Source: Octopus sinensis (lineage: Eukaryota). Taken from it: 64,000 bases of DNA. Each line of letters opens with the position of its first letter. Position 1 is the first letter of the stretch. Where the stretch lies: NCBI RefSeq assembly GCF_006345805.1, contig NC_043010.1:56978001-57042000 (forward strand). The letters are read 5' to 3'. Both the position numbers and the translations under genes were made by a program. Below are positions 56,761-64,000 of this stretch, in pieces. The notes under the pieces are model-generated. The model was not told the origin of the DNA. It saw nothing but the letters and a program-made list of their open reading frames with translations, and did no database searches.

Positions 56761-57377
56761 GAATGGAAATAATGCCAGGTATTTCATCTGCCCACCTGAC
56801 TGGGTCTTTTGGATAACATCACTGTTCTTTGATAACATTTTGGTAGAAAGAATTACAGCAGCAAAACAGGTATCGTTTGGCATGACACATCCATTTGTCT
56901 TATTCACACTCACCTCTACTTTCCTTCATCACTCATTAAAATATTAGTTTTAATAAAACAGCTTCCTCCTCTACTTTTGAGGTCCAGTCTATGTTTGAAA
57001 TGAAAATCTTGAAGGTGTACGGTAATAGATCTGTAACATAGAAAGGCTAGTGAGACTAAAGACTAATGATTAAGACTCCAAATATACATTCTGAAGCCAG
57101 CCTGCCATTGTATTGAAATGCTTCTTTAGTTTTTAATCTATAACTAAAGTTTTGTGTTTTCCCAGAGGATTATAAGGACACAAATGAAATCTGATGAAAA
57201 CCTTATTTCACAGCAAACGGAGGAAGTGAGAACTTGTGGCACATTTAAGAGTGGATTTCCTGCTAAGGGTGGGCTCCCCTTCAACTCTTTCAAAAAGAGG
57301 ACACTTCAGCATTTCACAAATTGAAAATAGGGACCATGCATACACACACAGACATATATATATATATATATATATAT

Positions 57378-58035
57378 GTACGAGCATACAAATACATCTA
57401 CACGTACACAGACATGTAAATAGTGTGTGTGTGTGTATATATATATATATTATATATATATAGATACATATAGTTGAAATTTATAGAAAAACAAAAGCCA
57501 AGACAGTGTATGAACAACAAGCTGGTGTATAAGTATGACACTTGGGAAACTGAAAAAGTCTTTTACGTATTGAGCCTCTGCTCTTCAACAGAAAGGAATA
57601 AGAGAAAATAAAGAGAGAGAGAATGAAACAAAAAAAAGACCTGTAGATTTGGCAATCAAGCATGATGATTGATTAGAAGAAAGTTTGGAAGAAAGGGAGA
57701 TAATAAAGTGATGGTGATCCCAACAAGAAAAGGTGCATGTGTGTGAAGGGGCGGGCTGGTGACAGATGTGTGTGTGCGTGGGTCTAGCATGTGGCTGCTC
57801 ATATAGTGGTGTGTGTGTGAGGGGGTATCAATTAAGAGAGGAGGTGGGTAGGGGTGAAGAGAGGAAGTAGGTGTCAAATGATGAGAGGGGGGAGTTGAGC
57901 CCATGTGACGCAAAGGAGCGAAGAGAGAAGATTAATACCTGTTCACGGCAAGGCAGGAGTCTTGATGGCCCCTGTGCAAAGACACACCAAACATACACAG
58001 GTGTTGTAGTGAATGACTGGTAGAGCAGAACTGGC

Positions 58036-58066
<31 letters not shown>

Positions 58067-58125
58067 ATATATATATATATGTACGAGCATACAAATACAT
58101 CTACACGTACACAGACATGTAAATA

Positions 58126-58177
<52 letters not shown>

Positions 58178-58743
58178 GTTGAAATTTATAGAAAAACAAA
58201 AGCCAAAGACAGGTGTATGAACAACAAGCTGGTGTATAAGTATGACACTTGGGAAACTGAAAAAGTCTTTTACGTATTGAGCCTCTGCTCTTCAACAGAA
58301 AGGAATAAGAGAAAATAAAGAGAGAGAGAATGAAACAAAAAAAAGACCTGTAGATTTGGCAATCAAGCATGATGATTGATTAGAAGAAAGTTTGGAAGAA
58401 AGGGAGATAATAAAGTGATGGTGATCCCAACAAGAAAAGGTGCATGTGTGTGAAGGGGCGGGCTGGTGACAGATGTGTGTGTGCGTGGGTCTAGCATGTG
58501 GCTGCTCATATAGTGGTGTGTGTGTGAGGGGGTATCAATTAAGAGAGGAGGTGGGTAGGGGTGAAGAGAGGAAGTAGGTGTCAAATGATGAGAGGGGGGA
58601 GTTGAGCCCATGTGACGCAAAGGAGCGAAGAGAGAAGATTAATACCTGTTCACGGCAAAGGCAGGAGTCTTGATGGCCCCTGTGCAAAGACACACCAAAC
58701 ATACACAGGTGTTGTAGTGAATGACTGGTAGAGCAGAACTGGC

Positions 58744-58755
<12 letters not shown>
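57378..58755. repeat. Tandem duplication, two ~700-bp near-identical units
   Basis: Identical 85-aa minus-strand ORFs at 57656 and 58363 (offset 707). The units are bounded by (TA)n. Confidence 0.93.
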
Positions 58756-58792
<37 letters not shown>

Positions 58793-58793
<1 letters not shown>

Positions 58794-59790
58794 CAGAGTG
58801 CAATTTGAGACCATGACACTTTGTAATTTTTACTGTTATGTCATGAATATTTCAGAAAATAATAATGGCAGACACTCAGCTTACTCAAGAAATGAAGAGG
58901 TTTGCTGTAATTGTGGCCTTAAAAGCTGAGCACAGCAATTTAGAGATCAATCAGTTTTTCAAAGTTACCAGGGTTTTTTTATCTACAAAGTTTTCAAGAA
59001 GTTAGAAGCTTCAAATGGAAAGGTACATCCAGTATTGAAATGCAAAATGTATCCCCAACACTCTGATACCCTCAGAACATCTGAATTTATTCGACAAGTT
59101 CAGCAGATCCTTGATGGAATTCCCCAAAACTCCATGAGTTCAGCTGCAAAAGATCTCCATGTGTCAGAAAGGACAGACAGAAATGTTGTCCACGAAGACA
59201 TCCAGCACAAATCTTGTGATGAGAAGCGGTCAAGACATATCAGAAAGAACAAAAACAAAGGAAGATTGTTTGTTTCAGATTTAAAAGGCTTTTAAACAAA
59301 GTGCAGAATCTGACATAATTTGGTTTTTCTCAGATGAGAAAAACTTTGTCATTTTTCTCTGCTAATCTTCGCGTCCTGGTGAAATGATTTTATTCAGGCA
59401 CTTCTTAAGTTCCAATAGGCAGGTACACAAACTTTCCTGCAACTGTCATGGTTTTTGGAGTTGTCACACTTCTTTCCCCAGGGCCTTAGAGTTAACTCTG
59501 CTGGCTACATTGAGATCCCAGAAACAGTTGTCATGCCCCCTGGGTGGATAGAGTATATAATGGAAGGGCACACAGGTTTCAGCAGGACTCTGCACTATCA
59601 TGTAAGGCTCAAGCAACCCCATAATGGATGATTGAGAAACTTCATGACCCTATAATCCCTAACATTTGACCTCCAAACTCACCAGATCTCAATCCATTTG
59701 ACTAATATGTGTGGAGTGTTGTTGAGTGGTTAATCACCATCCGCACAACACCAAAGATTCTTTGAAAGCTGATATACAATAGGAACCATC
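58793..59790 (+). mobile_element. maT/DD37D-like DNA transposon relic
   Basis: Starts TACAGAGTG. Contains HTH-like SMSSAAKDLHVSERTDRNVVHEDI, FSDEKNF and PNSPDLNPFD. Confidence 0.78.
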
Positions 59791-60600
59791 ATCATTTAAA
59801 GTTCGTTGGTCATAGGTTGGACGGTTTGACCAGGGCTGGCACAGACTCCGGTCTGATTTAGTATGGTTTCTATGGCTGAATGCCCTTCCTAACATCAGCC
59901 ACTTTGAGAATGTAATGGGTGCTTTTACATGCTACAGGCATGGGTACCATTTGTGTGACACTGCTTTCTGCCACAACTGCAATTTTACTTGGCTTGATGG
60001 GTCTTCTTCTCAAACACAACATAATGCCATGGTCTTGGTCATTTGTTATTACCTCAGTGAGGCCCAATACTTGAAAAGAACTTTTCACATGCCACCGTCA
60101 TCCACCACATTGCCTCCGTGAAGCCCAACACTCGAAAAAAGCTTTACATGCTTCCTCAAGGCCCAATGCTTGAAAGGTGCCAGTTACGTGGCACCTGCAT
60201 CAGCCACGACTACAATTTCACTTGGTTTGACTGGTCCTCTCAAGCCCAATATATTGCCGAAGGTCTTGGTCCCTAATCATTGCCTCTGAGGCCCAAAGTT
60301 TGAAGGTCATGCTTCACCACCTCATCCTTTGTCTTCCTGGGTCTACCTTTATCATAGATTCCCTCCACAGAATTTGGCACTTCTTTACACAGCTATCCTT
60401 GTCCATATGCATTGCATGACCAGACCAGTACAGTCAACTCCCTTGCACACCACATCCAATACCTTTTATGCCAAACTTTTCTCTCAAAATGCTGACATTC
60501 TGTCGTACATGCAAACTGACATTGCACACCCAGCAAAGCATACTAGCCTCATTTCTTTCAAGCCTACACTTGTCTTTGGCTGAGCATTTAATTTGGGCAT
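59790..60600 (-). mobile_element. 3' end of a non-LTR retrotransposon: ORF C-terminus plus the (GAT)n-tailed 3' UTR
   Basis: RLERNEASMLCWVCNVSLHVRQNVSILREKFGIKGIGCGVQ is followed by the tail shared with the abundant short repeats. Confidence 0.75.
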
Positions 60601-60859
60601 GTAGAGATGATTCAGATCTCATACAGAAGCAGTTACTGATGCTGAAGGTGGCTTTATTGAATAACATTATAGAGAAAACAACCTAGTTTATCTATACAAA
60701 GTTTTTCCTTAATAAAGTTACATTTCTAAAAAAATAAATTTGTCCCCAAATACCTTGCACATCCTGTAAATATACAATGGGTAAATTGACACCAATTTAG
60801 GTTTTTAATTTTGTGTATGTGCATTGTTTGTTTTGGATTTTGTCGACTACACAGTATAG

Positions 60860-61987
60860 TAGGGTCAGTTGGGCACCATCTGTGAGAAAAACAGTACCAC
60901 GACGCAATTCACTCTGCCAGAAATTTGGAAACGACATGCTGTACTGTTTGGTATTCCCACCAGAAGCTCCAGTACGAACATTTCAGAGTGTTTTGGTGTC
61001 AATCTGAGAACAGTGCAGAGGATTCGGAAAGAGATGGAGGAGTCTAATGGTGATTGCGAAGGTAGGGCAGCTTGGAAAACCCACTCTGATTGTTCTGATA
61101 AGAACTCCTGAATTTGTTGGTGAGATCCAGGCCAACGATCTCTCCAAGTCAATCAGGTCCATCGCCAGGGACATGGGAGTGTCTGAGTTTCTTATCAGGC
61201 ATTAATATATTAGGTATTCCTCATAAAAGATGAGAAAGGGCAAATTTTTATCCCAAGCCACCAAGGACAAGAGGAAAGACCATGCTACGAAGCTTTTCAA
61301 CAAACCCAAGTATTCCCTCCAACTGAAGATGCTTTTGTTTTTTTTCTCAGATGAGAAAAATTTCCACCAAGATCAGATGGGGAACACACAGAACAACCCT
61401 TGGCTTTTGCTGCGTCCCCAAAGCAAGTACTGATAATGATAACGATAAAAATCAAATATCCAGTCAATAGCATGGTGTTTCGTGGCCTCAGACTCAACAT
61501 GGAGGCCTACATCAAGTGCCTGGAGGAGGTAGTGTTGTCCTAGGCCAAGAGGAAGATCCTATGTCTGGTAATAGGACTCTTCATCATGCCACACAAGCAG
61601 GAGAACCCAGTCATGGCTGTCAGATAATTTCTGCGACATATCACCCTTAACATCTGGCCACTTAACTCCCACACTGCAACCCCCTTGATTATTATGTGTG
61701 GGGCACAGTTGAGCAAGAGACCAGCAAAACTCCTTATAACACCAAAGATGAACTGAAGGCAAGGATTATGGCAGCATTCACCAGCTTAGACAAGGGATTG
61801 TCCAGAAGAGTTGCAGGAGATTCTGAAGTCGCCTGGAGGCCATGGTTGATGAGGGCATGACGATTTTATTGCATAAATTTACTCTTTAGTATTTCAAGAT
61901 ATTTTTGTGTAATTTTGGTAAATATATCTGTTAAAATGAGATGTCAGTATTATTTTCATAATTTAGACGAAAATTTATTCATCGCAC

Positions 61988-61990
<3 letters not shown>
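60860..61990 (+). mobile_element. maT/DD37D-like DNA transposon relic
   Basis: ISECFGVNLRTVQRIRKE, FFSDEKNFHQDQ and WPLNSPHCNPLDYYVWG; terminal GCACCCTG. Confidence 0.8.
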
Positions 61991-62036
<46 letters not shown>

Positions 62037-63319
62037 TGTGTATATGTATATATATATATATATATATATACATGGTCTCCAGGTGGCTATCGACGCACTA
62101 CTTACGTCCTTATATTTTCGAACAATTATTATTTCTAAATCTCTGAACGAGAAACATTCAGTGAAAGTACTCAAGAGTAAAGATTATTTGCCAACAATAT
62201 GTGGAAGCCTTGATAAGGACATACACCACACCCGTAATATAAACACCATCTACACCCACCTATATATGCACATATGGTGTGTATAAATAATTTGTGCATG
62301 TACGAGCATTTTTCACACGTTTCTGTACCTGTTGATCAGGAAAAGGCTGGGTTCTTGCAGAATTGCAGTCATTCTCTAATATTACTCACTCATCTGACCA
62401 TACACGCACGAATATACAGGACCATACGAAAATATATACACGTTTATATACACACACACACATAAATCTATATATGTTTATACATACACACTACATAAAT
62501 TTATACACGTGTATATATATACATACATACATACATATATATACACACTACATAGATATATTCACGTATATGTATGAATATACAGACGCACTACATAAAT
62601 ATATGCACACACATTATATATATATATATTATATACACTACGTAAATACACACCCACACGTCTTTTACGATCTGTTTGACTTTAATCTCCCAAAACTATT
62701 TCTCCCGCCATGTACACGGATGTGTTACGTAAGATTGTACCCACATATTTTATTCTACGTGCCTCGAGCATCATCAGCTAATTAACGTAATTGATTCAGT
62801 GTCAGCAATTACTCAATTCCAGCCCCTAATTAAGCTCCCTCCTAACCCTGACCGGGCAAAACCAAAGAACCATCACCTTCATTCATTCTTGCTGGAACGT
62901 TTAGAGTTACCTCCCTTAGATGCCTACAGTTATCTCCCTTGTGCACTAAGCACGTTTTCCTGATTCTTCCACTTGCTAGAAATAGCAGTAACATCGGTCT
63001 GTAACATTTAGAAAGGAAGAACATTAAAAGTTCATAGCTGACGTCTGCAACACATATGTCTCTGTTGCTATTATTTAACCCTCGGTAAGTAGCCATCATC
63101 AAAAGCATCCATGCTGTGGCCACTCTTTCCTTCTTCAGAAACATTGTTCTCCTAGGTTTCCAGTTTGTGAATCAATGATTGGCTGCTATTTTTAGCATGT
63201 AGAGTGATCGCACATTGTTCCATCACTTGAGATTAAACCCTTGGTTACCTTCTCAGTCCATAAACCTATGTTCCAAAACATTTCAGCCAAATCATGCTCT
63301 TCTACATGTTATCTACGAC

Positions 63320-63372
63320 TGCTATATATATATATATATATACATACACAGATATATATATATACACACACT

Positions 63373-63416
<44 letters not shown>

Positions 63417-63421
63417 TATAC

Positions 63422-63452
<31 letters not shown>

Positions 63453-63861
63453 TACATATACACACATACACATACATACCTATATATACACACACACACA
63501 TATACATACATATATACACACACACACATATACATACATATATACACACACACACATATACATACATATATACACACACACATATACATACATATATACA
63601 CACACACACATATACATACATATATACACACACACACATATACATACATATATACACACACACACATATACATACATATATACACACACACACATATACA
63701 TACATATATACACACACACATATACATACATATATACACACACACACACATATACATACATATATACACACACACACATATACATACATATATACACACA
63801 CACACATATACATACATATATACACACACACACATATACATACATATATATATACACACAC

Positions 63862-63910
<49 letters not shown>

Positions 63911-64000
63911 CACACACATATATATATACACACACACACACATATATATATATATACACACACATATACATATACACACACACATACATATATACACACA
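63320..64000. repeat. (TA)n/(CA)n microsatellite with a ~24-26-bp higher-order unit, running off the window end
   Basis: Repeated TATATACACACACACACATATACATACA units. Confidence 0.95.

Noticed and set aside
23296-64000. Dozens of long ORFs rich in Y/I/M/C/V or H/T/Y/I, up to 617 aa
   Set aside because: They are translations of (TA)n/(CA)n arrays, which happen to lack stop codons in those frames, and have no protein-like complexity.

Overview
Eukaryotic (invertebrate) genomic DNA. The repeat landscape and the receptor sequence suggest a cephalopod such as Octopus; this is inference. The only recognisable host gene is an estrogen receptor (ER/NR3A-type). Seven + strand coding exons between 13855 and 23283 encode both zinc fingers (P-box CEGCKA), the hinge and a complete ligand-binding domain ending in a stop codon. 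The N-terminal A/B exon(s) were not found in the window. The most notable anomaly is that the intron after the fifth visible exon starts TT instead of GT (TTAAGTAT at 21434) at an otherwise conserved intron position, with an in-frame TAA immediately after it. The LBD also carries F and C at the positions aligned to human ERa L536 and Y537. The rest of the window is transposon debris (Penelope-like elements, CR1- and RTE-type LINEs, mariner and maT-like DNA transposons, tRNA-derived SINEs), long fold-back hairpins, two local tandem duplications, and very long (TA)n/(TACA)n arrays covering roughly a quarter of the window by eye. Several repeats carry hammerhead-ribozyme-like cores of the kind known from Penelope-like elements; the best preserved is at 9153-9240. 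I see no convincing new multi-gene system. Nearly all Y/I/M/C/V- or H/T/Y/I-rich ORFs in the track are microsatellite translations.
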